Source: a bacterium
GTDB taxonomy: Bacteria; Bdellovibrionota_C; UBA2361; CALJRW01
Assembly: GCA_031385045.1 (NCBI GenBank)
Contig: JANNBC010000054.1
Location: forward strand, 61,562-125,561
Direction: 5' to 3'
DNA: 64,000 bases
The notes under the pieces were generated by a model, which saw only the letters and a program-made list of their open reading frames with translations, had not been told where the DNA came from and ran no database searches. Numbering within the stretch: position 1 is the first letter of the stretch; each line of letters begins with the position of its first letter. A program made the position numbers and the translations under genes. Below, piece by piece: positions 1 through 8,575 of the stretch.

Positions 1-239
1 ATGGTTTTGCTGGAATGGAATTCGTTGCTGGGAATTTAAAATTTAATCCAAACTTACCAAAATCTTGGACTTCCTTAAAATTCAATCTAAAAGTTCGCAA
101 TGGTAAAATTTCGGCAAAGTTTACTAACAAAACTGCTGAGTTTGAATACCAATCAGAAGAGAATCAACCAATTGAAATTACAATTGGCAATCAAAAGCTG
201 ACGATTACACCAAACACTACAAAATCAATTCAACTTTAA
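1..239 (+). CDS. Glycoside hydrolase family 65 (maltose/trehalose phosphorylase-like), C-terminal part; starts before the window
   Basis: Frame is open from the window edge: GFAGM...F.P.LP..W..L.F.L..R, the typical GH65 C-terminus; directly upstream of beta-PGM. Confidence 0.75.
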   Translation, partial: GFAGMEFVAGNLKFNPNLPKSWTSLKFNLKVRNGKISAKFTNKTAEFEYQSEENQPIEITIGNQKLTITPNTTKSIQL

Positions 240-242
240 TAA

Positions 243-905
243 ATGACCATGAATAAATTTGCTTGTATCTTTGATCTTGATGGTGTCATTGTTGATACTG
301 CTAAATACCATTACCTTGCTTGGAAAAGACTTGCCGAGGAACTAAAGATTGAAGGATTTGATGAAGCTAAAAATGAAGAATTAAAAGGCGTTAGTCGTGA
401 TAAGTCTTTAGATATTATCCTTGAGCTTGGCAACGTAACTCTCTCCGCTGAAAAACGTAACCAAATGCTAGAAAGAAAAAATAATTGGTATATTGAATTT
501 ATTAGCACAATGGATGCTAGCGAAACCCTACCAGGAGCTAAAGAATTTCTAGAATTATTAAAAGCTAATCAGATTAAATTTGGCTTAGCTTCTGCTAGTA
601 AGAATGCGGAACTAGTCCTAAATAAAATTGGCTTATTATCGCTGTTTGATACAATTGTTGACGGCACAAAAGTTGCTAAGCCAAAACCAGATCCAGAAGT
701 CTTTACAAAGTGTGCTGACAACCTTGGTATGTCCTATGAAAAATGCATTGTCTTTGAAGATGCTGTTGCCGGAGTTACTGCGGCTAATCAAGTAAAAATG
801 AAAACTATTGGAATTGGTAATCCAATAGTCTTACATCAGGCAAACTTGGTAATTGATTCCCTAGCTCATTGCGATTTGAAAATATTAGCCCAATTACTCG
901 GCTAA
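243..905 (+). CDS. pgmB: Beta-phosphoglucomutase (HAD family)
   Basis: FDLDGVIVDTA.YHY.AW, LKGVSR, ASASKNA, KPDPEVF, VFEDA.AG motifs. Confidence 0.93.
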   Translation: MTMNKFACIFDLDGVIVDTAKYHYLAWKRLAEELKIEGFDEAKNEELKGVSRDKSLDIILELGNVTLSAEKRNQMLERKNNWYIEFISTMDASETLPGAKEFLELLKANQIKFGLASASKNAELVLNKIGLLSLFDTIVDGTKVAKPKPDPEVFTKCADNLGMSYEKCIVFEDAVAGVTAANQVKMKTIGIGNPIVLHQANLVIDSLAHCDLKILAQLLG

Positions 906-930
906 TTAATCTTAACTTAGAAAGGTATTT

Positions 931-2292
931 TCAACTAAGCTCTTCAACACCACGAGCTACTCCAATCATTGGAATAGAAATTTTCCCTGTTTTGACTTCC
1001 AGTGGTTTCATTAAATTTAAGGTAATTTTTTGCTCAAGATTCTTTGATAAGGTAGCTAACTGAGCTTGCAGAGTAGTCCAAAAAATTGGCACCTCTCTTG
1101 AGAGCCTAGAATCAAGAGCAATGTTTAATACGTCTTTTGAGCCAACTAAATTAGCAACAGAACCATAGGCGACGGCCGAACAGAGCTCAGCACCCCTAAC
1201 TAATAATTCACTAGAAAGCTCGCTGAGGAGTTGAAGAACAATGTCATTATAAACTTGGCGATTACTACGTCGATTTAGAAAGAATTCTGGATCGGAAATA
1301 ATTAATGATAAGTCGCGACTACGAAATTCAACCCATTTTTCACTACCCATATTCTTTAGTGACTCCGCTAGTGGTTGTAACTCAGTAATCTCCTCAGCCA
1401 AAACCAGAATGTAGCTACAAAAGATTCTTGGTAAAAAATTACCCACAGAGATATGTTCAATTGTTAGAGCTGGTTGAAAATCGTCAATAAAATCAGCGGC
1501 AGTTTTGATCTGGCAATCATCTAAGTAAAATCTCCCCCCAATTTCTGAATTGCAAATCATATAATTACTACGATCGCTAATCCCTAAATCTTTTTCTGAC
1601 TTAAGAATAGTTGCGTTAAGACCAGTAGAAGCGACCATTCCCGCATCAGCCTGAGGCAGTGATTTCATCGTGAGCGGAGTATCATTAGCAATTAGAAAAG
1701 TCTTAACTGGAATATTTCTTTTTCGCAAAGAGTCCACAACTTCAACACCTAAATCTCTCCCATTCACCAAATCTTTTGTAAACCACTCTCCCTTAGTATA
1801 TTCATCAACCTGAGTAACTAGTCCGCTAATTCCAGTACCGGGCCAAGGTTTATTATCCATGGCGTTGGACCAAACTAGGCCACAGCCTGTGACAGAATCT
1901 CTTGGTATCCCGGCAGTAACCAAGCTTCTCTCCACCTGATTTCCTAACATTTTGCAAAATGCCGTGAAAGGATTATCACCAAGGGCAACATCTAACATTT
2001 CCAAGTTCTTATTTTCAAATAACATGCGCCATTCCACAGAACTACCATGATTAATCTTGACCGCTGCTTTGGTCGAAGTTCCCCCAATATCAATTGTTAA
2101 AATACTACTCGAATTGAGTTTTTGATTAGCAATAGTTAGATAACTAGGAAGGGCTTCAAAGGCTGGCTTGAGATTTTTTCCAGCATTAGCGTTGGCTAAC
2201 TTGGCATAATCATACAAGGAGTCTAAACTTAACCTTGCCGCATAAAAATTTAAGTTTTTTAAAGAAGATTGGATTTGGTTAGGGTTGCTCAT
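931..2292 (-). CDS. Divergent hexokinase-family (eukaryote-type) sugar kinase
   Basis: DIGGT, TKG, NDT, STGLNA, NSEIG and EHISVG motifs in hexokinase order. Confidence 0.7.
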   Translation of the reverse strand: MSNPNQIQSSLKNLNFYAARLSLDSLYDYAKLANANAGKNLKPAFEALPSYLTIANQKLNSSSILTIDIGGTSTKAAVKINHGSSVEWRMLFENKNLEMLDVALGDNPFTAFCKMLGNQVERSLVTAGIPRDSVTGCGLVWSNAMDNKPWPGTGISGLVTQVDEYTKGEWFTKDLVNGRDLGVEVVDSLRKRNIPVKTFLIANDTPLTMKSLPQADAGMVASTGLNATILKSEKDLGISDRSNYMICNSEIGGRFYLDDCQIKTAADFIDDFQPALTIEHISVGNFLPRIFCSYILVLAEEITELQPLAESLKNMGSEKWVEFRSRDLSLIISDPEFFLNRRSNRQVYNDIVLQLLSELSSELLVRGAELCSAVAYGSVANLVGSKDVLNIALDSRLSREVPIFWTTLQAQLATLSKNLEQKITLNLMKPLEVKTGKISIPMIGVARGVEELS

Positions 2293-2474
2293 AAATCTTA
2301 AACACAGGTAAATTAAACTTTAAGCTTGCTAACTAATAATAGTGAAAATAATTAAAGTTGTTAAGAGCAAAATATGAAATCGCCTTAAAGGCAAAGAGTC
2401 ACTCTCTATTTCCGTACTCAAGCATTTTGACTGGAACAATCTTACCAATATGCTAAAGTTCCTTAGCTTATAGA

Positions 2475-2519
2475 GAATCCAAAAATGGATTTCCTTAAAG
2501 GAAATCCATTTTTGGATTC
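2475..2519. repeat. Perfect palindrome, 21-bp arms, 3-nt loop
   Basis: gaatccaaaaatggatttcct-taa-aggaaatccatttttggattc. Confidence 0.95.
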
Positions 2520-2520
2520 G

Positions 2521-2666
2521 GGCTTTTCAAATCCTGGATTCCTGTCACGCCATAGCTTTAGCGCAGGCGGGATATCCAGGTTTGAATGCCTAAAAACAAC
2601 AAATATAGTCAACCCAACAGGAATTCCGAAAAAAATTTTCGGAAATTCATTCTTGGGTTTACTATA
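2521..2666 (+). repeat. Composite repeat copy 1: REP-containing hairpin plus 59-bp TA-flanked mini-MITE (2606-2664)
   Basis: Near-identical to 49580-49724; ends TA-TAGTCAACCCAA...TTGGGTTTACTA-TA. Confidence 0.9.
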
Positions 2667-2694
2667 TTTATAATTCTAAAGATTAACAAAACCT

Positions 2695-4029
2695 ATGATC
2701 ATCATGAAGTTTGGCGGAAGTTCTGTTGGAAATGCTGACCGCATCAGATCAGTTAAGCAAATTGTTTCAAACTATCTATCCGAAAAGCCAATTATTGTAT
2801 GCTCCGCCATGGGAAAAACAACTGATCAATTACTACTTGCAGGTCAAAAAGCGCTCTTAAACGGAATAGTAGATTGTCAGGAAATTATTACCAGCCACCT
2901 AACTGCCTGCGAAGAATTAAAAATCAACCCTGAAATTATCAAAGACCTTTTAGTAGAATTAGAACAATTACTAATTGGCATTAAACAAATCAGAGAAATT
3001 TCTCCGCGCACAAAAGACTACCTAGTTTCTTTTGGTGAAAGATTAGCAGTTCGAGTAATTGCTACAAGTTTTAACCAAGAAGGTTTAAAGGCTAAATTTT
3101 TTGATTCTTGGGAAATCGGTATCAAAACTAATAACAAGTTTATGGAAGCTAGCTTACTTCCCGATGCCTATGATCAAATTAATCAATATTTAGGATTTCT
3201 AAAAACTGACTATCAATTTACGCCAGTCATTACTGGATTTATTGGGCAAGCGCCATGCGGATCAATTACTACGTTTGGTCGAGGTGGTAGCGATCTAACA
3301 TCTAGTATTTTAGGTGCAGCACTAGAAGTAAACGAGATTCAAGTCTGGAAAGATGTTGATGGATTAATGACTGCTGACCCTCGTAAGGTGCCCAATGCCA
3401 TTCCAGTAAATAAAGTAAGTTTTGAAGAAGCATCAGAGCTCTCCTATTTTGGAGCAAAAGTTCTACACCCCTTATCTATGATGCCGGCTAAAGAGAAAGG
3501 CATTACCGTGCGTGTTAAGAATTCCTATAACCCGGAAGCTCCTGGGACAATTATTACCTCAGAAACTGATTACTCTTTAGGGCCAGTTAAATCAATTACT
3601 AGCAAAAATAATATTACTCTAATTGATATTGTTTCCTCAAAACTATTAGGTGCCGTAGGTTTCGTATCTAAAGTTTTTAATGCTTTTGAGAAATTTGATA
3701 TTTCAGTTGATGTCTTAGCTAGCAGTGAGGTTAGTATTTCACTAACAGTGGATCAACATGAAGACTTGGAAAAATTAGTTGCTGAACTATCAGAATTTGC
3801 AAGTGTCCGCACACTACCAAATCATTCGATTGTTAGCCTGATTTGTAATGCCCAAAACTCCTCCTTGATTCTTAGTGATTTATTCTTGGCACTAGCAAAA
3901 GAAAAGTTAAATCCAAAGATGCTTTCTCAAGGTGCATCTAAATTAAATATTAGTCTAGTCTTTGAAGAACAAGATGCTGATCGCGCTTTAAATATTGCCC
4001 ACAGTTCACTTTTAAATCTGAGAAATTAA
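2695..4029 (+). CDS. lysC: Aspartate kinase
   Basis: MKFGGSSV, TTFGRGGSD, WKDVDG..TADPR, FGAKVLHP, C-terminal ACT domains. Confidence 0.95.
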   Translation: MIIMKFGGSSVGNADRIRSVKQIVSNYLSEKPIIVCSAMGKTTDQLLLAGQKALLNGIVDCQEIITSHLTACEELKINPEIIKDLLVELEQLLIGIKQIREISPRTKDYLVSFGERLAVRVIATSFNQEGLKAKFFDSWEIGIKTNNKFMEASLLPDAYDQINQYLGFLKTDYQFTPVITGFIGQAPCGSITTFGRGGSDLTSSILGAALEVNEIQVWKDVDGLMTADPRKVPNAIPVNKVSFEEASELSYFGAKVLHPLSMMPAKEKGITVRVKNSYNPEAPGTIITSETDYSLGPVKSITSKNNITLIDIVSSKLLGAVGFVSKVFNAFEKFDISVDVLASSEVSISLTVDQHEDLEKLVAELSEFASVRTLPNHSIVSLICNAQNSSLILSDLFLALAKEKLNPKMLSQGASKLNISLVFEEQDADRALNIAHSSLLNLRN

Positions 4030-4785
4030 ATGATTAAAATCGCTATTGTTGGATACGGGAAAATGGGGCAGGTCATTGGTCGAATCGCTAAAGAGCGAGG
4101 ACATCAAATAGTTGTGATTGATCCACATCATCCCGATGCGGACTTTGCTGATGTCACAGCAGATTCCCTAAGTGAGGTGCAAGTTGGAATAGAATTTACC
4201 AATCCAGAAGTAGTGATTACCAACATCAATAAATTTAATGCCTTAAAAGTTCCCTTGGTTGTGGGAACAACAGGTTGGTATCAAGAAATTGAAGAAGTTA
4301 AAAATCATGTAAAAGATGCCAAGAATGGTTTAATCTACGCCTCTAATTTCTCTGTCGGAGTGAATGTATTCTTTAAAATTGTCGAAGCAGCTGCCAAAAT
4401 TATTAATAAATTCCCTGAATTTGATATTTCGGGCCTTGATATCCACCATAATAAAAAAGTGGATAGTCCTTCTGGCACAGCAATGACAGCTGCTCAGATT
4501 TTAATTGATAATATTGGTCGAAAAAGTAAAGCTGTCTATGAGAAACTAGACCGTGCACCTCAGCCTGATGAAATTCACTTTGCCAGCCTACGTTCCGGAA
4601 ATGTTCCTGGTACTCATCAAATTTTCTTGGATTCTCCAGCAGAAAGTGTCAATATCGAGGTAGTCGCTCGAAATCGTGAAGGCTATGCTCTAGGTTCGGT
4701 CATTGCGGCTGAATGGCTCTTTGATAAACGAGGTTTTTTCAAGTTTGAAGATTTAATTGATCAAATTATTAGCAATGGAAACTAA
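4030..4785 (+). CDS. dapB: 4-hydroxy-tetrahydrodipicolinate reductase
   Basis: GYGKMG, VGTTGW, ASNFSVG, HH..KVDSPSGTA. Confidence 0.95.
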   Translation: MIKIAIVGYGKMGQVIGRIAKERGHQIVVIDPHHPDADFADVTADSLSEVQVGIEFTNPEVVITNINKFNALKVPLVVGTTGWYQEIEEVKNHVKDAKNGLIYASNFSVGVNVFFKIVEAAAKIINKFPEFDISGLDIHHNKKVDSPSGTAMTAAQILIDNIGRKSKAVYEKLDRAPQPDEIHFASLRSGNVPGTHQIFLDSPAESVNIEVVARNREGYALGSVIAAEWLFDKRGFFKFEDLIDQIISNGN

Positions 4786-5665
4786 AGGATTATACACCGC
4801 ACTCGTTACCCCGTTTAATCAGGATGGTAGTCTTGATCTTGCCGGCCTAGCAGAAAATATTGAATTTCAAATCGCTTCTGGAGTTGATGGAATTATTCCA
4901 ATTGGCACAACGGGCGAAGCTCCAACACTTGATGACTCTGAAAAAATTGCAGTGATTAAAACGTCAATCAAGGTTGCAAACGGACGTATCCCTGTGATGG
5001 TTGGCGCAACAAGTAATTCTACAGCAGTAACAATTGCTAATTGTAAATTAGCAAAAGAACTCGGAGCAGACTCTTTATTAATCGCTACCCCTTATTATAA
5101 TAAACCAACTCAAGATGGTATTTATCAACACTTTCAAGCAATTACTTCAGCTGTTGATTTACCGATCATGGTTTATAACGTGCCGGGGCGTTCAGGAGTA
5201 AACATTGAGACCTCAACTGTTGAAAAAATTGTTACCACACTACCTAAGATCACTTCAATTAAAGAAGCCTCTGGTAACATCAATCAGATTGCTGATGTCA
5301 TTAACCAAATTCAAAATAAGGTGAAGAACTTTAATGTCCTCTCTGGCGATGATGCCTTAACAATTCCTACAATGGTTTTTGGTGGCAAGGGTATTGTCTC
5401 CGTGGTTTCCAACTTAGTTCCAAAACAATTAAAGCAGATGGTTGACTTAGCCCTCGCTGGTGATTTTAAAGCTGCCACAAAAATTCACTTTGAATTACTA
5501 CCACTGTTTAAGACTGCCTTCGTAGAATCAAATCCGATTCCAATTAAAGCGATGATGAGTCTAGCCAAAATGAAAGCTGGGCCATGTCGCCTTCCTTTAA
5601 GTAATTTAACTCCTGAGAGTCAGGAAGTCATTCAAAAAACTTTACGTAATTTAAATCTTATTTAG
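4775..5665 (+). CDS. dapA: 4-hydroxy-tetrahydrodipicolinate synthase
   Basis: TALVTPF, GTTGEAPTL, PYYNKP, YNVPGR, IKEASG, SGDD; ATG at 4775 preferred over TTG at 4757. Confidence 0.95.
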   Translation: METKGLYTALVTPFNQDGSLDLAGLAENIEFQIASGVDGIIPIGTTGEAPTLDDSEKIAVIKTSIKVANGRIPVMVGATSNSTAVTIANCKLAKELGADSLLIATPYYNKPTQDGIYQHFQAITSAVDLPIMVYNVPGRSGVNIETSTVEKIVTTLPKITSIKEASGNINQIADVINQIQNKVKNFNVLSGDDALTIPTMVFGGKGIVSVVSNLVPKQLKQMVDLALAGDFKAATKIHFELLPLFKTAFVESNPIPIKAMMSLAKMKAGPCRLPLSNLTPESQEVIQKTLRNLNLI

Positions 5666-6880
5666 ATGTATACCAGCAAAACTAATTTCCTAGACTTAGC
5701 TAAACAATATGCTTCCCCGCTTTATGTTTATGAACTTGATCAAGTTAAAAAACGTTATGAAGAACTAAAAACTGGCTTAAATTATAAGCAACTCAAAGTT
5801 CATTACGCCATGAAGGCTAACTACAATCTTCATCTATTAAAATATGTTAACTCCCTTGGAATTGGCATTGATGCTGTGAGCCCAGGGGAGATTTACCTAG
5901 CACTGAAAGCTGGCGTTGCTAAAGAAAATATTATTTTTACGGCAAATAATTTAACAAACGAAGAAATTTCTGAAGCCCAAGCCCTGGGAGTACTTTTTAA
6001 TCTTGGTTCGCTTTCTGAAATTAAACGCTACGGAGAATTATTTCCGAATCAAAAAATTTGCATTCGCGTTAACCCTGATGTGATTGCTGGAAGCCATGCT
6101 AAAATCCAAACAGGTGGACCTTTAAGTAAATTTGGCATCCTACTCGAACACCTAAATGAGGCCCTGAGCATATGTAAACAATACAACCTAACTGTTATCG
6201 GTGTTCACAAACACACTGGTTCTGGAATTAAAGATCAGGAAAAATACTTACAAGCAGTTGATAACCTCCTAGCTATTGTTACGCCAACAAATTTTCCAGG
6301 CTTAGAATTCGTAGATTTTGGAGGAGGCCTCTTCGTCCCCTATCATCCAGAAGAAAAAGAAATTGATTATCAAAAGTTTGCCCCAGCAGTTTTAAGTAAA
6401 CTTCTAGCTACAAATAAGCTTTTTGATCGAGAATTAAAATTATACTTCGAGCCAGGAAAATTTTTAATTGCTGAAGCTGGGCACCTAATCATCCAAGTTA
6501 ATACGATTAAAGATAATAATGGACATTTAATTGCTGGAACTAACTCTGGATTTAATCACCTAGCACGACCTGTGATGTACGATGCCTATCATCACATCGA
6601 AAACCTTAGCAATCCAAATGGAGTAACTAAAACTTACGATATTGTCGGTAATATCTGTGAGACGGGAGACAACTTCGCTTCCTCCAGATCTCTGCCTGAA
6701 ATCCGCGAGGGAGACTTCTTAGTGATCCATAATGGTGGAGCTTACTGCTACTCTATGGGAAGCGTCTATAATCTAAGAACTCTACCTGCTGAAATCTGCA
6801 CACTAGCCGGCGCAGTTGTCTATCATCGACCAAGACAGTCTAACCAAGACTTTATTAACAAACTCTATGACACTTACTAA
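5666..6880 (+). CDS. lysA: Diaminopimelate decarboxylase
   Basis: YAMKAN, H.HTGS, DFGGG, EPGK, GNICETGD, GAY..SM.S.YN. Confidence 0.95.
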   Translation: MYTSKTNFLDLAKQYASPLYVYELDQVKKRYEELKTGLNYKQLKVHYAMKANYNLHLLKYVNSLGIGIDAVSPGEIYLALKAGVAKENIIFTANNLTNEEISEAQALGVLFNLGSLSEIKRYGELFPNQKICIRVNPDVIAGSHAKIQTGGPLSKFGILLEHLNEALSICKQYNLTVIGVHKHTGSGIKDQEKYLQAVDNLLAIVTPTNFPGLEFVDFGGGLFVPYHPEEKEIDYQKFAPAVLSKLLATNKLFDRELKLYFEPGKFLIAEAGHLIIQVNTIKDNNGHLIAGTNSGFNHLARPVMYDAYHHIENLSNPNGVTKTYDIVGNICETGDNFASSRSLPEIREGDFLVIHNGGAYCYSMGSVYNLRTLPAEICTLAGAVVYHRPRQSNQDFINKLYDTY

Positions 6881-7712
6881 AATTCCTTTTACCAAAATGC
6901 ATGGCTTAGGTAATAATTATATTTACCTTAATTGCCTGGAAGCTAGCCCCGAGAACCCAGAAGACCTAGCAATTAAAGTCTCCGATCGAAACTTTGGAAT
7001 TGGTAGTGACGGACTAGTTTTAATCATGGGAAGCGAACAGGCAGATTTTCGCATGCGAATGTTTAACTCTGACGGATCGGAAGCACAGATGTGCGGGAAT
7101 GCTGTTCGCTGTGTTGCGAAATACCTTTATGAAAAAAATCTTACAAAGCTAACCAGTATCAAGTTAGAAACTAAGGCTGGGATTAAAATTCTAAACCTAA
7201 AGTTAAAAAATAATCTAGTAACAGAAGTCAGTGTTGATATGGGCGCCCCAATCCTCAAGAGTAAGCTTATTCCCGTTGCCAGCGAAGAACCGCAACTGAC
7301 TAACTACCCAATAGAATTTTTTGGTGAGCAATTTAAAGTCAACGCTGTCTCCATGGGGAATCCCCATCTCGTAATTTTCGTACCAGAAATAACGGATCGT
7401 CTAGTACTTCAACTAGGACCAAAAATTGAACATCACCCGCTATTTCCAGAACGAATCAATGTAGAATTTGCTAAAATAATCAATCGCCAAACAATCGCCA
7501 TGCGTGTATGGGAACGTGGTAGTGGTGAAACTCAAGCCTGCGGAACAGGAGCCTGTGCGGTGGCAGTAGCCTCTGCCCTAAACAACTTAAGCGATCGTCA
7601 AGTTACCATAAAACTACTTGGAGGTGACTTAGATATTAATTGGCAAGAAAACGATCATGTCATTATGACTGGGCCTGCGGAGTTTGTATGTGATGGAGAA
7701 TTTTACTACTAG
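6867..7712 (+). CDS. dapF: Diaminopimelate epimerase
   Basis: FTKMHGLGN, MCGNA.RC, MGNPH, ERGSGETQACGTG. Confidence 0.95.
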   Translation: MTLTKIPFTKMHGLGNNYIYLNCLEASPENPEDLAIKVSDRNFGIGSDGLVLIMGSEQADFRMRMFNSDGSEAQMCGNAVRCVAKYLYEKNLTKLTSIKLETKAGIKILNLKLKNNLVTEVSVDMGAPILKSKLIPVASEEPQLTNYPIEFFGEQFKVNAVSMGNPHLVIFVPEITDRLVLQLGPKIEHHPLFPERINVEFAKIINRQTIAMRVWERGSGETQACGTGACAVAVASALNNLSDRQVTIKLLGGDLDINWQENDHVIMTGPAEFVCDGEFYY

Positions 7713-7715
7713 TAG

Positions 7716-8207
7716 CTAGCGATAGATATCCTTACGATGTCCTAATTTAAGGATATAGTAAACCCAAAAAGTAATTTCCGAAAAATCAGCAAAAATAAAT
7801 ACCTCAGGAGTCAATTGAATCCCTGAAGGAATTAGTATAATTCAAGAACGATCCTTGCTAAACCTTCGGTTTAACAGAGTTTATTCTTGGGTTTACTATA
7901 TTTTTCTTTTGGCTCCCTCTGGTCGCTAATATAGTCATAACTCTATAATTTTAATTTCCTAACGGAAATTACTTTTTGGAATGACTATAATAATTAACTT
8001 CTTATTTTCGACACTATAAATGACGCGATAGTCTCCAATCCGAACTCGATAGAGATCCTCATATCCCGAAAGTTTTTTATGTCCAAAGGGATAAGGATTA
8101 AGCCCTAGCTGGACTATCACACTAACAACTCGCTGTTGGTAAGACTTACTAATTTTCTTTAATTGCTTTTCAGCTGTTCTAGATATTTCAATCTGAAACT
8201 TAGACAT
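7716..8207 (-). pseudogene. relE: RelE/ParE-family toxin split by a MITE (5' part 7990-8207, 3' part 7716-7755)
   Basis: KKLSG...YRVRIGDYRVIY; the missing ILKLGHRKDIYR* lies on the far side of the insertion and rejoins in frame. Confidence 0.9.
7756..7987. mobile_element. 232-bp composite MITE, 25-bp imperfect TIRs, TA target duplication
   Basis: Ends TAGTAAACCCAAAAAGTAATTTCCG and (reverse complement) TAGTCATTCCAAAAAGTAATTTCCG; TA at 7754-55 and 7988-89; inverted copies at 29675 and 47246. Confidence 0.92.
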
Positions 8208-8418
8208 TGATTTTCAACTCACTTAACACTTCACTAAAAGGTCGGGTGGGTTCTTTTCTGAGCTTTGGGATGTCTGCAATATCAGCGACCTCCTCTAGTT
8301 TTTCAATAATACAATCCTGAACAAAGCGATTGATAATGAAACCTTTTGACTTACAATATTTCTTCAAGGCTTCAGCTATTGCTTGATCGAGACGGGTAGT
8401 AATTTGTTTTGTAGCCAT
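8200..8418 (-). CDS. Ribbon-helix-helix antitoxin (RelB-like)
   Basis: 72 aa, N-terminal KQITTRLD strand then helices; overlaps the toxin start. Confidence 0.8.
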   Translation of the reverse strand: MATKQITTRLDQAIAEALKKYCKSKGFIINRFVQDCIIEKLEEVADIADIPKLRKEPTRPFSEVLSELKINV

Positions 8419-8423
8419 AACTT

Positions 8424-8453
8424 ATGGTATCATTTGATGTCATTTGATGTCAA
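8424..8453 (-). promoter_or_regulatory. Sigma70 promoter of the TA operon with tandem operator repeats, probably leaderless
   Basis: TTGACA-18nt-TACCAT (with TGn extension), 5 nt before ATG; tandem catttgatgt x2 at 8431-8450. Confidence 0.7.
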
Positions 8454-8514
8454 GTTAAAAACCAAACGTAACCCTATTCTGCAACTATCTAGTTGGTAGA
8501 AATATTAAAATACT

Positions 8515-8543
8515 TTGACAATCCTCCCTGAGATCATTAAATT
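8515..8543 (+). promoter_or_regulatory. Sigma70-like promoter of dapL
   Basis: TTGACA-17nt-TAAATT. Confidence 0.55.
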
Positions 8544-8575
8544 GTGCCCTAAATTTCATTACTTCAATCTTAAAT

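Noticed and set aside
2485..2673. 62-aa ORF
   Set aside because: Lies entirely within palindrome, REP and MITE sequence.
2293..2694. Lysine riboswitch upstream of lysC
   Set aside because: No recognisable L-box core; the structure here is explained by a palindrome and a repeat that also occurs before a tRNA.
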